This document shows positions 1 through 13,900 of a stretch of 64,000 nt of DNA, piece after piece. The translations under genes and the position numbers were made by a program. The notes beneath the pieces are model-generated. The model had not been told where the DNA came from and did not search any database. It saw only the letters and a program-made list of their open reading frames with translations. Every line of letters starts with the position of its first letter. Position 1 is the first letter of the stretch. The stretch comes from the human T2T-CHM13v2.0 reference genome, Homo sapiens. Where the stretch lies: the NCBI RefSeq assembly GCF_009914755.1, contig NC_060925.1; one strand, written 5' to 3'.

Positions 1-532
1 AGACTAAACTGTCATAAAACTGTAAAAGAAAAATCTACATAGACTTACACCAAGATTTAGAAAATCCAAATATCTCTTCTTTGAGTAACCACTGAAAACA
101 CTCCTCCTTTATCTACATTTGGAGCTAAAAAAAAAATGAATCATGTGTTTTGTAGAAATGCCAAGACTAAATCTTTATGGGGGAGGGAGTCTGTAACGTT
201 AGTTTTTTAATATGGTAACTAACTGTTACATTGGAAGACACAGCAAAAGGTAGTTGAGAAAGAAATGCCCTATTAACTAGCGTTTCTGTAATCACTTTAC
301 AGCTTCTTCTCCAATTCACTAGCATTTTTAAACTTTTGGGATCCCTGTGCAGATGTTAGTGTTGTTGGAGCTATTTCTACCAACTTTTCTCTTTTAAAAA
401 AGTAGTAGACAGCATCATATTTTTCCTTCTCTATAGCACTGGCTTTTGCATTGGATAGCATTGCAAAGTGGGAAGGAAATACACAGCTTTTCATGTGAAA
501 ATTAGAACTGGAAACCCTTGTAAATGACTTAG

Positions 533-1253
533 TGTCATGAGCGGTGCAAAGTTAGAAATAACCAGGACCACAAATGCTTGTGTCTTTCCACAATGTCAGG
601 ATTTTATTGATGCTGTTTCAATCACAAAAGCCACCATGAGCTACATAGAGTTCCCAAGGGGGCAACTCTCCTTAGTACTTTTCATTCACTTGGTAGTCAG
701 CGCTGTGGGCACACAGACTCAAGCCACTCCACAAGTCAGTCAATATTGCAAACCATACATAATAGTATACTTAATCAATATGTAAATGTTATAGGTTTAA
801 CATTTCACAACAAACAAACTAACATTCAACACAAGAAGGAAAAGGGATAGGAGAAAGGATCACAAACCAGTCCAAGGGGAGAGAAGAAGAGAAAAGCGGT
901 CCTGGTCCAGGCCGGGTGGTCCATTGGTCTTGCAAGAAAGAGTCTCTGAGGTGGCAGAGACTTCAGCAGCAGATGCCAAGTTTTCATCACCAGTGACTGC
1001 AAGATGGCATCAGTTAACATGGCTATTTCGAGCTGCTGAAGGCCTGCTCTTTTACGGTTACAGAGTCCTCCCATGAGAACTGATCATGGAAGAGTGTGCT
1101 TGTTTGAGTCCTTATCTGGTTGGATACAGTCTTTTATTTTTTAATTTGTTTAGTAGACAACACATCTTATCCTTGTTGGAAAAGTGCTCTATGAAATATA
1201 AAATAAAGTCTTTTTCTAAGATGGAGTTGGCTACGTCAAGGGTGTTCTATACA
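533..1253 (-). mobile_element. Solo ERV1-class LTR (PABL-like)
   Basis: TG...CA termini, flanked by an exact 5-bp target-site duplication CTTAG (528-532 and 1254-1258). Minus-strand start TGTATAGAACACCCTTGACGTAGCCAACTCCATCTTAGAAAAAGAC resembles the PABL consensus as I remember it. Confidence 0.6.
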
Positions 1254-2069
1254 CTTAGTATGATTTCTTTTTAAGTGGCTAAGAACTGGAGAAAAAATGT
1301 TTGGCCTAAACTGTAGACACAGTAGTAAAAACCAGGACCACATCCCAAACCCCTCAGGCCACCTCTACAAGCTGCTGTGCCAGGCTTTGTACTGTCATTG
1401 GTTTAACAAAATCCAAGCCGGGTTCAGTGACGTTCTGCAGCGACTGAAGATGGTGGGTGAATGAAAGATAGCCACACCTCCTTTTGTACTGAAAAAAGCT
1501 GCTGGGTATTTGACAAAATATTTAGCCAAATAGAACAGCTCAACTTGGCATTGGGCTGAGCACTTAATCAAGAAAATAGACCTGGTCTTGCCTAACAGAG
1601 CAGGGTTTTCAGTTGAAATCCAGGAACAGCTTTTCCGAGGCTCTTCAGCTGGAGGCTCAACATCTCCTCAATCTTGTCAGACTGTCTTGGACAACAGTAT
1701 GTGCCAGATAATATGAGGGAGCATTTCCAACCAAGAAGATGTTGAGGTACAAAAAACACAACAAATCAGAAGAGAAGGAGAGGGCTGGCCCATAAGAACT
1801 GATCATCAGTTTCAGCTCCACGTAAACACCATGTGAATTTCTGTCAATCATACAATGCTTCTGAGGACCAACTTTCTTTTTTATAAAATTTGACTTAATA
1901 CATACTTTTTTTCTTGTAAGATTTTAAAATCAAGTAAAATGATGAATGTAATAAAACCTTATAAATGCTAGTCATTATTTCAGCTATTCTTTGAAAAGAT
2001 GATTGACTTCTATATTCAGTTTTTACAATTTCTTTCATTTCTATCGATCCGTTACAGACAAAAGCACAC

Positions 2070-2805
2070 TCTCTTGTACAGCCACTTTGGAATACAGTTT
2101 GACAGTTTCTTACAATATTGAACATAATCTTATCATATGATCTGGCAATTGTGTTTCTTGGTGTTAACTCTACTGATTTGGAAACTTATGTTCACAGTAG
2201 ATTTTTCATACATTCCAAAACATAGACTTAATCAGAAAGTCCTTCAGAAATTAAATGGATAAAGTGTGGCACATGCATACAGTGGAATATTATTTAGTGT
2301 TAAAAATAAATGATTTATCAAGCCATTGGAAGACATGGAGGAAATTTAAATGTATATTGTGAAGTGAAAGAAGCCAATCTGAAAAGGCTGCATACTGTGT
2401 GATTCCAGCTGCATGACATCCTGGAAAAAACAAAACTGTGGATACAGGAAAAAGATAAGTGTTGCAAGGGGTCTGGGGGAAGTATGGATGGATGGACAGA
2501 GCACAGAGGACTTTTAGAGCAGTGAAACTATTGTATATGACACAGTAATTAATGTTACATAAGATTATGCTACATGGTACTATGTATTTGTGGAAAAAAA
2601 CATACAACTCTGGAACAGAAAGACTCATCCTTATGTAAAATATGAACTATTAATAATAATGTATCAAAATTGATTCATCTATTGTAACAAATGTACTACA
2701 CTAATGCCAGATGTTAACAATAGGGAAAAGAGAGGGGATATATAAAAACTTTCTGAACTATCCATTCAATTTTTTGGTAAACCTCATTGTTCTAAAATAT
2801 AAAAT
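2070..2805 (+). mobile_element. Old L1M (L1MC/MD-like) 3' fragment
   Basis: Degenerate L1 3' motifs: CAGCCACTTTGGAA..CAGTTTGACAGTTTCTT, GTGAAAGAAGCCAATCTGAAAAGGCTGCATACTG, TTGTAACAAATGTACTACACTAATG. Boundaries approximate. Confidence 0.6.
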
Positions 2806-4324
2806 TTCATTTTAACACAGTTTTCTAACAATTATATAACTCTCTGATACTATATTTCTTGATTGGATTTTAGTCAATAAATCATTAGGAGTTCTGATCA
2901 AAGAATTGTGGTGTTTGTAGAAGTTAGGATGGGGGATGGGGATGAAATAATAAAAGTTTGTTAATCTAATTGGTCTTGTTTTGGGAGTTTGGTTATATGT
3001 TGTTTTGAAGACGCGGGAGCAGTGAGGCTAATATTTCCTGGAAAGTTAGAAGAACATGGGCCAAATATTAATTAGCTTTATGCTTGGGGCATATGGTAGG
3101 AGCCCCTCATTCCAAGTTAGCATTCCTTCCCTGTTCTGCATATATAAGAAAATACTGGAAATGCATCATCTGTATATGGAAGAGGGGGAAAAATGTCTAT
3201 ATTACCTCACACCAGAAAACCAAAACCTATTAAAAGAGGGATGCTGCTTCAGGAGAAGGCCTTTTTAGAGTGAGTGAATTTTTTTTAAAGAATTTGATTA
3301 TTCATGACCCATCATTGGGAATTTCATCTCGAGTTCAGATATTCAGCCTTTGGTGGAATGTGAAGCCACTTGTGGGCCATTTGGCCATCCCTGCAGGAAA
3401 ATCAGTTCAAAACTCAGCCTGACTCTGCGGGAAACCTCTTAGAAACGTGTGCTTCCCCTGGTTGGAACCAGCTAGCAAAATGCATAATTTGTGCTCAAAG
3501 AAGAATTAGTAATGGCTAGAAGAGAGATTAATTTTTCTTTTAGCTCTCCTAGTAACTCAGTCTACCATTTGGATGACTCTGTTGCCTTAGCCTGAGTTTC
3601 TACTTAAGTGAATAGGGAATACTCTCCTAGATATGGTTGTTGATTCCCTCAGAACAAAATTAACACGGCAACTATCAAGTCATGCACAACCCTTTTGGAA
3701 ACTTGAGGAAGAACGTGAGCAACATTTCTAAAGGTTTTTGTCACTATTCTGAAATTCATAATGTCATAAATATATGTCATTTTATTACTAGACTTTAGAA
3801 ATATGTAGGTGTTGTGTAGCACAGAGTGATTTTTGATATGAATTGATGTTCTCAAGAAGTCAATGGTTTTACATTAAAAAATGCAGGACTGTGCATGGGA
3901 AGGAGTGTAGGTGGAATGATTGGGGACCATAGAGCAACAGGAGTCTGGTGCCTTCTAGGACCTATCCAGAGATATTCAGCCTGACAAGCATCAGGCATTC
4001 ACAATGATGCTCAAATGAAATGTGAAGAATTATTAATGCAGGAGAAGAATTCAAGGTAGTTTTGTCAAACTGATGAGTTTTTGGTACATGCTAGTTGCAA
4101 AGATCACTGCTAGGTTTTTGGATTGCTGTGCTGAGGATTTTTCTGAGGTCACATGTAGGCCCTGTGGGAAGAGTGATGTAAACTAATTAGCCAGGATGGA
4201 CACAGGTGGGTGCCTCGGGATGAGTTCTAGGGCGTGGGGTGCCACATTGGCTGTAGTCAGCTCTTACCCACAAGTGCCATCTAATGGTTTATAGCATAGC
4301 AGTTGCACAGCAAGAAGAAATAAA

Positions 4325-5374
4325 AAGCATCTAAATAAGGAAAAGAAGAAGGCAAACTATGTCTGTTTGCTGATAATATGATTCAATACCCCTCAAAAAC
4401 CAAAAGACTTTGCCAAAAGATTCCTGGAACTGAGAAACAACTTCAAGTAAAGACTCAGGATACAAAATTAATATACAAAATTCAGTGACATTTCTAAACA
4501 CCAAAAACATTCAAGCTGAGATCCAAATCAAGAACTCAATTCAATTTACAACAGCCACAAAAATAAAAAATCTAGGAATGCAGTTAGCCACAGAGGTGAA
4601 AGATCTCTGCTAGGAGAACCACAAAACACTGCTGAAAGAAAGTAAATAAGACTCAAACAAACAGATAAACATTCCATGCTCACTGGTTGGAAGAATTAAT
4701 CTCATTAAAGTGGCCCAAGGAAATCTACAGATTTAATGTTATTCAGAAAAAACTACAGACTTTATTTTTCACAGAATTAGAGGCAACTATTATAAAATTA
4801 AGATGAAACAAAAAAAGAGACCAAAAAGCCAAAGTAACCCTAAGCAAAAAGAATAATGCTAAAGATATCACAATACCTGGCTTCAAACTATACTATAATG
4901 TTCCAGTAACCAAAGCAGATGGTACTGGTATAAAAACAGACACATAGACCAAATTGAATCAAATAGAGAACAAAGAAATAAAGCCACAGACCTCCACCCT
5001 GTTTATCTTTGACAAAGTTGACAAAAGCAAGCAATGGGGAAAGGACTCCCTACCTAATAAATGGTGCTGTAATAGCTGGATAGCCATATGCAGAAGAATG
5101 AAAGTGGACCCCTGCCTTTCACTATATACAAAAATTAAATCACGATGAAATAAAGATTTAAATGTAATAACTCAAACTAAGAAGCCTAGAAGGAAGCCTA
5201 CAAAACCCCATTCTGAACATTGGCCATGGGAAATAATGTATGACTAAATCCTCAAAAGCAATTGCAAGCAAAACAAAAATTGACAAGAGGGACCTAATTA
5301 AACTAAAGAGCTTTTGCACAGCAAAAGAAACTATCAACTGGGTAAGCAAACAACCTATAGAAAGGGATAAAATA
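4325..5374 (+). mobile_element. Older L1 (L1PA15-17/L1PB-like) ORF2 remnant, left half of host element
   Basis: ORF 4954-5148 translates to L1 ORF2-like [23 protein letters not shown], with many stops and frameshifts nearby. Ends at TSD copy 1 (AGAAAGGGATAAAATA, 5359-5374). Confidence 0.8.
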
Positions 5375-6433
5375 GATTTTCTAGTTTATTGGCATAGAGA
5401 TGTTTATAGTATTCTCTGATGGTAGTTTGTACTTCTGTGAGATCAGTGGTGATATCCCCTTTATCATATTTTACTGTGTCTATTTGATTCTTCTCTCTTT
5501 TCTTCTTTATTAGTCTGCCTAGCATTCTATCTGTTTTGTTAATCTTTTCAAAAAACCAGCTCCTGGATTCACTGAATTTTTGAAGGGATTTTTTGTGTCT
5601 CTATCTCCTTCAATTCTGCTCTGATCTTAGTTATTTCTTGTCTTCTGCTAGCTTTTGAATTTGTTTGCTCCTGCTTCTCTAGTTCTTTTAATTGTGATGT
5701 TAGGGTGTCAATTTTATATCTTTCCCACTTTCTCCTGTGGGCATTTAGTGCTATAAATTTACCTCTAAACACTGCTTTAGCTGTGTTCCAGAGATTCTGG
5801 TACATTGTGTCTTTGTTCGCATTGGTTTCAAATAACTTACTTATTTCTGCCTTTATTTCATTAATTACCCAGTGGTCATTCAGAAGCAGGTTGTTCAGTT
5901 TCCATGTGGTTGTGTGGTTTTGAGTGAGTTTTGTAATCCTGAGTTCTAATCTGATTGCACTGTGGTCTGAGAGACTGTTACGATTTTCATTCTTTTGCAT
6001 TTGCTGAGGAGTGTTTTACTTCCAATTATGTGGTTGATTTTAGAATAAGTGTTATGTGGTGCTGAGAAGAATGTATATTCTGTTGATTTGGGGTGGAGAG
6101 TTCTGTAAATGTCTATTAGGTCTGCTTGGTCCAGAGCTAAGTGCAAGTCCTGAATATCCTTGTTAATTTTCTATCTCATTGATCTGTCTAATATTGACAG
6201 TGGGGTGTTAAAGTCTCCCACTATTATTGTGTGGGAGTTTAAGTCTCTTTGTAGGTCTCTAAGAACTTGCTTTATGAATCAGAGTGCTCCTGTATTGGGT
6301 GCATATATATTTAGGATAGTTAGCTCTGCTTATTGCATTGATCCCTTTACCATTATGTAATGTCCTTCTTTGTCTTTTTTGATCTTTGTTGGTTTGAAGT
6401 CTGTTTAATCAGAGACTAGGATTGTAAACCCTG

Positions 6434-6469
<36 letters not shown>

Positions 6470-7117
6470 TTCCATTTGCTTGGTAAATCTTCCTCCATCC
6501 ATTTATTTTGAGCCTATGTATGTCTTTGCACATGAGATGGGTCTCCTGAATACAGCACACTGATGGGTCTTTACTCTATCCAATTTGCCAGTCTGGGCCT
6601 TTTAATTGGGGCATTTAGCCCATTTACATTTAAGGTTAATATTGTTATGTGTGAATTTGATCCTGTCATTATGATGTTAGCTGGTTTTTTTGCCCATTAG
6701 TTAATGCAGTTTCTTCATAGTGTCAATGGCCTTTACATTTTTGTTTGTTTGGGCAGTGGCTGGTACAGGTTTTTCTTTTTCATATTTAGTGCTTCCTTCA
6801 GGAGCTCTTGTAAGGCCGGCCTGGTAGTGACAAAATCTCTCAGCATTTGCTTGTCTGTAAAGGATTTTATTTCTCCTTCACATATGAAGCTTAGTTTGGC
6901 TGGATATGAAATTCTGGGTTGAAAATTTTTTGATTTAAGAATGTTGAATATTGACCCACACTCTCTTCCGGTTTGTAGGGTTTCTGCAGAGAGATCCACT
7001 CCTACTCTGATGGGCTTCCTTTTGTGGGTAACCCGATCTTTCTCTCTGGCTGCCCTTAACATTTTTTCCTTCATTTCAACCTTGGAGACTCTGACAATTA
7101 CATGTCTTGGGGTTGCT
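5375..7117 (-). mobile_element. Inverted 5' segment of a younger L1PA (about PA7-8): ORF1 C-terminal half, inter-ORF spacer and ORF2 endonuclease region
   Basis: Minus-strand ORF 6733-7074 (KEKMLRAAREK...FQPRISYPAKLSF) is ORF1p. Minus-strand ORFs 5946-6146 and 5569-6000 ([37 protein letters not shown]) are the ORF2 EN domain. Confidence 0.9.
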
Positions 7118-8439
7118 CAATCATCTAATCTTTGACAAATCTGACAAAAACAAGCAATAGAGAAAGGATTCCCTATTTAATAAATGGTGTTAGGAAAACT
7201 AGCTAGCCATATGCAGAAAATTGAAACTGGATCCCTTCCTTACACCTTATACAAAAATTAACTCAAGATGAATTACAGATTTAAATGTAAGACCTAAAAC
7301 CATAAAAACCTTAGAAGAAAACCTAGGCAATACCGTTTAGGACATAGGCATGAGCAAACACTTCATGACTAAAACACCAAAACCAATTGCAACAAAAGCA
7401 AAAATTGACAAATGGGATCTAATTAAATTAAAGAGCTTCTGCACAGCAAAAGAAACTATCCTGAGAGTGAACAGGCAACCAATAGAATGGGAGAAAATTT
7501 TTGCAATCTATCCATCTGACAAAGGGCTAATATCCAGAATCTACAAGGAACTTAAACAAATGTACAAGAGAAAAACAAACAACCCCATCAGAAAGTGGGC
7601 AAAGGATATGAACGGACACTTTTCAAAAGAAGACATTTATATGGCCAACAAACATATAATAAAATGCTCATCATCACTGGTCATTAGAGAAATGCAAATC
7701 AAAACCACTGTGAGATACCATCTCACACCAGTTAGAATGGTAATCATCAAAAAGTCAGGACACAACAGATGCTGGAGAGGATATGGAGAAATAGGAACAC
7801 TTTTACACTGTTGGTGGGAATGTAAATTAGTTCAACCATTGTGGAAGACAGTGTGGCAATTCCTCAAGGATCTAGGACTAGAAATACCATTTGACCCAGC
7901 AATCTCATTACTGGGTATATACCCAAAGGATTATAAATCATTCTACTATAAGGACACATGCACACGTATGTTTATTGCAGTACTATTCACAATAGCAAAG
8001 ACTTGGAACCAACACAAATGCCTGTCAATGTCAGACTAGATAAAGAAAATGTGGCAGATATATGCCATGGAATACTATGTAGCCATTTAAAAAAATGAGT
8101 CAATGTCCTTTGCAGGGACATGGATGAAGTTGGAAACCATCATTCTCAGCACACTAACACAGGAACAGAAAACCAAATGCCACATGTTCCCACTCATAAG
8201 TGGAAGTTGAACAATGAGAACATATGGGCACAGGGAGTGGAACATCACACACTGGGGCCTGTTGAAGTGTGGGGGGCAAGGGGAGGGAGAGCATCAGGAG
8301 AAATACTTAATGTAGATGATGGGTTGATGGGTGCAGCAAACCACCATGGCATATGTATACTTATGTAACAAACCTGCACATTCTGCACATGTACCCCAGA
8401 ACTTAAAGTATAATTTTAAAAATTCGTTTAATCCAAAAA
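7118..8439 (+). mobile_element. Non-inverted 3' segment of the same L1PA (ORF2 C-terminus, 3' UTR, A-rich tail)
   Basis: ORF 7350-8039 is the ORF2 C-terminus ([25 protein letters not shown]). The 3' UTR ends ACTTAAAGTATAAT and is followed by TSD copy 2 at 8440-8455. Confidence 0.9.
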
Positions 8440-8455
8440 AGAAAGGGATAAAATA

Positions 8456-9400
8456 TTCACAAACTATGTATGCCAAAATGGTCTAAGATCTGCAGTATAT
8501 AAGGAACTTAAATAATTCAACAAGCAAAAACAAACACCGCCATTAAAAAGTGGCCAATACCATGAATAAACACTTCTCAAAATAACACATATAATTGGCC
8601 ACAAACATGACAAAATGTTCAACATCACTAATCATCATAGAAATGCAAATCAAATCACAATGAGATACCATCTCATACCAGTCAAAATGGTCATTATTAA
8701 AAAGCCAAAAACAACAGATGCTGCTGAGGTTGTGGAGAAAAGGTAATGTTTATACACTGTTGGTGGGAATGTAAATCAATTCAGCCAATGTAGAAAACAG
8801 TTTGTAGGTTTTTCAAAGAACTTAAAACAGAGCTACCATTTGACCCAGTAATCCCATTACTTGGTATATACCCAAAGAAAAATAGATCATTATGCCAAAA
8901 AGACCCATGTACTTATATATTCAACACCATGCTATTCACAATAGCAAGACATGGAATCAACCTAGTTGCCCATCAATGGTAGATTGGATAAAGAAAATGT
9001 GGCAAAAAAAAAAAAAAAAAAAGAAAATGTGGCACATATACACCACGAAATACTATGAAGCCATTAAAAAAGTATGAAAACCTGTCCTTTGCAGCAATAT
9101 GGATAGAGCCAGAAGCCATCATCCCACGTGAATTACCACAGGAACAGAAAGCCAAATACTGGATGTTCCTACTCACAGATGGGAGCTAAACATTGAACAC
9201 CTGGCCACAAAGATGGCAACCATTACATCCTAGAGGTGGGAGGAAGGGAGGGGGTAGGTGTTGAAAAACTGCTGGGTACCATGCTCACTACTTGAGTGAT
9301 GGGATCATTTATAATCCAAACTTCAGCATCACACAATATACTCAGGCACATGTACGCCATGAATCTCAAATAAAGTGGAATGAATAAATAAATAAATAAA
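8456..9400 (+). mobile_element. Older host L1, right half (ORF2 end and 3' UTR)
   Basis: L1 ORF2 sequence resumes where 5374 left off (GGGATAAAATATTCACAAACTATG). Older-type 3' UTR with an (AATA)n tail at about 9384-9400. Confidence 0.8.
9005..9019 (+). mobile_element. Solo poly(A) insertion with 15-bp TSD
   Basis: AAAGAAAATGTGGCA at 8990-9004 and 9020-9034 flanks a pure A tract. Confidence 0.7.
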
Positions 9401-9451
9401 ATGATTTTTTCAAAAGAAGTTAAATAAATGAATAGTAAAAATATAAAAGTT

Positions 9452-9773
<322 letters not shown>

Positions 9774-10811
9774 TTAACCTTTCTAGGAAAAACAACAGAA
9801 AACATTAAATCTAGTCCTTTTACATCAGAATTTCCAGATCTGTGTGTTTGTGTTTATTTATTTATAGATAGATGAAATGATTGATATATAGATGTGAATT
9901 GATAATATAAAAAATGATAATATTTTTGAGGTGCAACTTAACAAAATCAAAACTTTAAAAATATTCACACAAATGAATTAAATAATATTGACTGAGGAAA
10001 AGTTGATGAAGAAAACTTCCAAAATCTATACTCAAATTAGACATAAGGATTTAATCAGCACATTATTTTTTAGTCCCCTGAATTAAAACTGTATGTATGT
10101 TATAAAAATGGAGCATTAATTAAATAATATTGAGCATATCCATAAAGTATAGTACTTTGTGGATAGTGCATGCTACGTTTGGGAGAATATTTCACATCGG
10201 GGCACTTTTTATGTTGTATTTTGTGAACAATGCAAATTGTGGAATTACATGTTAACCCACAGACACTCATCACACACACATATATGTTGTTGTGTAAATG
10301 CCATATCTATTTATAGTGTTTAAGTTTCTGCATGTGTCTCTCTGTTGGTTCTCTACCTCTTGTTTAGTTACATAAAGCTCTTGTAGTTTACTGGTACATA
10401 CACACACATACCCACAAACATACACAGAAACAAACACATACAGTATAAATGCAATTTTGTAAGGATAATCATCTCTATGATGTGTTTTCGATAACCCTAT
10501 CTGGTATTATGTTTTTCCCGATGGGTATGCGTTACCTTTATGCTCAAATAAAATAATAATTATTAAACTACCAACAAACATAACAGATGTTATGTTATTA
10601 AAATATAATAGAAATAAAGCTACTTTTTATCTTTTTAATGGCTTTCCACATTTGTTCCCACATTTCTCTGTGAGGAAGAGCTGCTGGCAGAACTTTCTGA
10701 TGAAACACTCAGGAAATCAGTTTTACACTTTGAAGCACAGGAGTTGAAACACGTTCTCAAAGCCCATGTCACTTAAATGTTCACTGTTTTCCACCCTGCA
10801 TCAATACACTT

Positions 10812-10968
10812 CTCATTAGCTGTAATAAGTCCGTCTCATTAAAGTCTCCTGAGATCCAAAAGGAAGAAACTTGCTCTTTCCCAGAGCACTTCATTCCATG
10901 TCCCTCAAAGAAAACTATTTAAACTCATGCCTCTTTTCAATCTGGGCGCTCCCTTGTCGCTCCAGGGA
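10812..10968. promoter_or_regulatory. Candidate olfactory-receptor promoter/enhancer motif cluster (homeodomain plus O/E sites)
   Basis: Two CTCATTA sites (reverse complement TAATGAG) at 10812-10818 and 10835-10841. O/E-like YYYCARRRR sites at 10845-10854 (minus strand), about 10903-10911 and 10960-10968. Lies in non-repetitive DNA about 7 kb upstream of the OR CDS. Confidence 0.35.
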
Positions 10969-13900
10969 TCTCAAAAGCAGAACACCCAGAATAATTCGGC
11001 ACTCTTTACTGGTCTGCTGCTTTCTTCCTGCATTTTTAGTTTTTCAGACCTGTTTAGTTGCTAAATATTTCCCTGTAAAGATAAGAAATAGACATTATTA
11101 CATGTTTCTAGAAGGCTGGAGAATTTATGCAATTTGTCCTGGCAATGCAAATTGTTTCAAGGATTTCTAAGGTGGCATTTATTTGTTTGGCTTAATAATA
11201 CTTCCTTCTGCAGAGTTATATTACAAAAATAGCTCCTAATAAACTTGTTGCATGTCTCTCTTTGTCCTAACTCCATCATCAGTTGCTAAGGATACCTTCA
11301 GTCATGCCAAGTTCATAAATCCAAATTAGAAATCTATGCATACTGGATCTTCAGGGTAACATGCTGACAGCACTTTGGCATCCAGATGGCCTAGATGTTG
11401 AAGGATTTCCTGTTGTGGGTACCAATGACTATGAATTGCTTTGTGTGTTTTCTTCTTGGTATAAGTTAGATGAGAATTTAAGTCTACTAAATCTAATCAT
11501 TTTTCCTTCTAGCAAAATATCACCTTCAACCTTCTAAAAAGTCTTAGTTCTTCATCGCTTGTTTAGTTACATAAAGTTGTTGTAGTTTGCCAGTAAGTTT
11601 TTGATTTACTAAATTATACATAACCTTCTCTATCTACTACTCTGAATGGCTATCCTGACAGATTCAGCTCTCTGTAAGTGACAGATAATCATCTTTTGTT
11701 GGAATACAGTTTGGAATAAAATTAGATATTTGGATAATTTTTATGAAAATTATGTATATTGTATTCCTTGATGTCTACTTAGTGATGTGTGTCACATGCT
11801 GTTTTGAGTGGGTGGCATTCAGATTGCATGGATGAGAGGAGATATGAGAAATGTGAGAACATATAGAACACATGAATACATTACTTTATGAAGCTCTTTG
11901 AAAATTAAATAATTGGATTTAATAGTTAAGGTTTTGTCTAAATGATGCAACATCCCTCAGTAAAATTAGGCAATTAAAATGGATCATCTAGGAGCTTCTG
12001 CTGTACTTAGACTCACTTTGTTTGTTCCACTCTTCCTATTCCCTTAATGAAAATCCAGGTCTTTTGGAATTATGCAGGAATTTCACAGGTAAGAAGTCAA
12101 ATGCTGATGAGCACCTAGACTGACTCCTCCTCATAGTAGCACTTTAAATATTTGGTGCATATGCAAATGACCGGGTTTCCAGAACATTTCATTGTGGTCT
12201 GACTGAATTTACGTTCTTTATATGACATAAACAAGATTTACGTAAACTGGATCTAAGAAAGTTGAGGCAGAGTTGTCTGCAACTCCTGGGCTGGAAATCT
12301 CAGGCACAAGTATAATGAGGAATGACTGTCCCATTCCCTCCATGCCAAATGCAAGTGCATTGAGAAAAAGAGTGCCTGTCTGATTATCTGTGGGAATTAC
12401 ATGGAGTGAGTGTTGTAAATCTCAGGTAGAAGGATGCCATTGAGTGTAACAGTGCAAAGAATCTTTTCTTAAATGTTTGCTGCTTTTCTTAAAAAAATAA
12501 TTTAAGCAAACCTTAGTCTTACGAATTAGATAGGATAAGGACAATACTGTTCGAAAGGCACAAAAGATCTAAAGGAAAAACCTGTACTTACTCCTAGTTT
12601 CTAAAGTACAGACTATGAACCAGGCTTCCTGAATCTCTGCACAGTGCATTGTCTTTATCTCCTTCCCCTCGTTTTACAGATAAGAACATTGATGATTGGA
12701 GAGTTGAAGATGCTTGCATTAAAGACACAGAGCTGACGTAAGGCAGACTCCTACAGGCATTCTAATTTCCAACATAGACTCGTTGCCTGACTGTCAAACG
12801 TGCAAGCATTTTAAAAATCCTTTTTTCCACAATGATTTCAAAGAATGTGCAGACACCTGGATTTCTCAGATCCACTTTGCCAGTGATTCACAGGCATTTT
12901 TTTAGTGTCCATCACACCAAGCATAAAATAAACTCTCATCAGAAATAACAGGTCTCTCTAGTAGAGGGGTTTATTCTAGTGTGTAGTCTCTTTATGGGTC
13001 TTGTAGGAGGTGTGTGTGGGTTGAAGAATGTGGTTCTAAGTTACTCTAAAATTGTCAGAGTACATTAGTGCTTTATTATCTAATAATTGTATGATTATTA
13101 TTTCAATATGAGTTCATTCTTAATGATTCCAACTTTTTGAAATACTAAACAGAATTTAGGAACACGGAGAAAAACTAGGAACATATATTTTTGTATTTAG
13201 TCTCAAAATTGCACAGCACTGTATTGACCTGTCTTGAGAACTTCTCATGTGAAAAGGTAACTGTAAGTTTGAATGTGTATGTAATGACTCAATGTGTCTG
13301 GGACAACAACAGAAAAGTAATATTGCCAGTGTATTCTGTACAGGAAAAACCACACCTACAGTAATCTGTTGAAATTGAGGTATTATATTCTAAAATAGAC
13401 ATTGCAAAAGCTATCCCCGGTAAATACCTGGAAGTTGAGCACTTTGGAAAAAAATTCATACATGAATGCATAAAATAACTGGAGAAGTGTGACCGGTATA
13501 GAGAAGGAGGACAGAAAACCTTGTAGTCATATTCACATTGTGAAATGTTGAATGTTGCAAAGAGAGAAAACTGGTTCCAAGCAGATTCAGAAGGCAAGGA
13601 AGAATCCTGCATGAAGCAGCTTTAATTTAAGCTAATGCAGAGCTTCCTAACAAGGCTGCTGCATTGAAGGAGCATGGAGCTTGCTCTTTTCTTTGGCGGA
13701 AACTTCACCAGTGGTCATAGGGAAGCAAGCAAAGGCTGCAACTTACAAGTTAGGAATTATCTTGTCACTTGATTTAAAGGATGGGCTTGGAGATCATCAC
13801 AGTCCTGGGCAAGCATTGTGTCCTACCTTCAAACTGTAGTGATGTGGGAGGAAAATATTTGCGGCCATCCCTACTCAACCAACATGCACGCCTTATAAAA

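Noticed and set aside
297-1851. Short ORFs flanking the first LTR as a possible processed pseudogene
   Set aside because: I could not match them to any protein family. A tblastx search would be needed.
7350-8039. 229-aa ORF as a host gene
   Set aside because: It is the C-terminal fragment of L1 ORF2 in a rearranged element lacking its promoter and RT domain.
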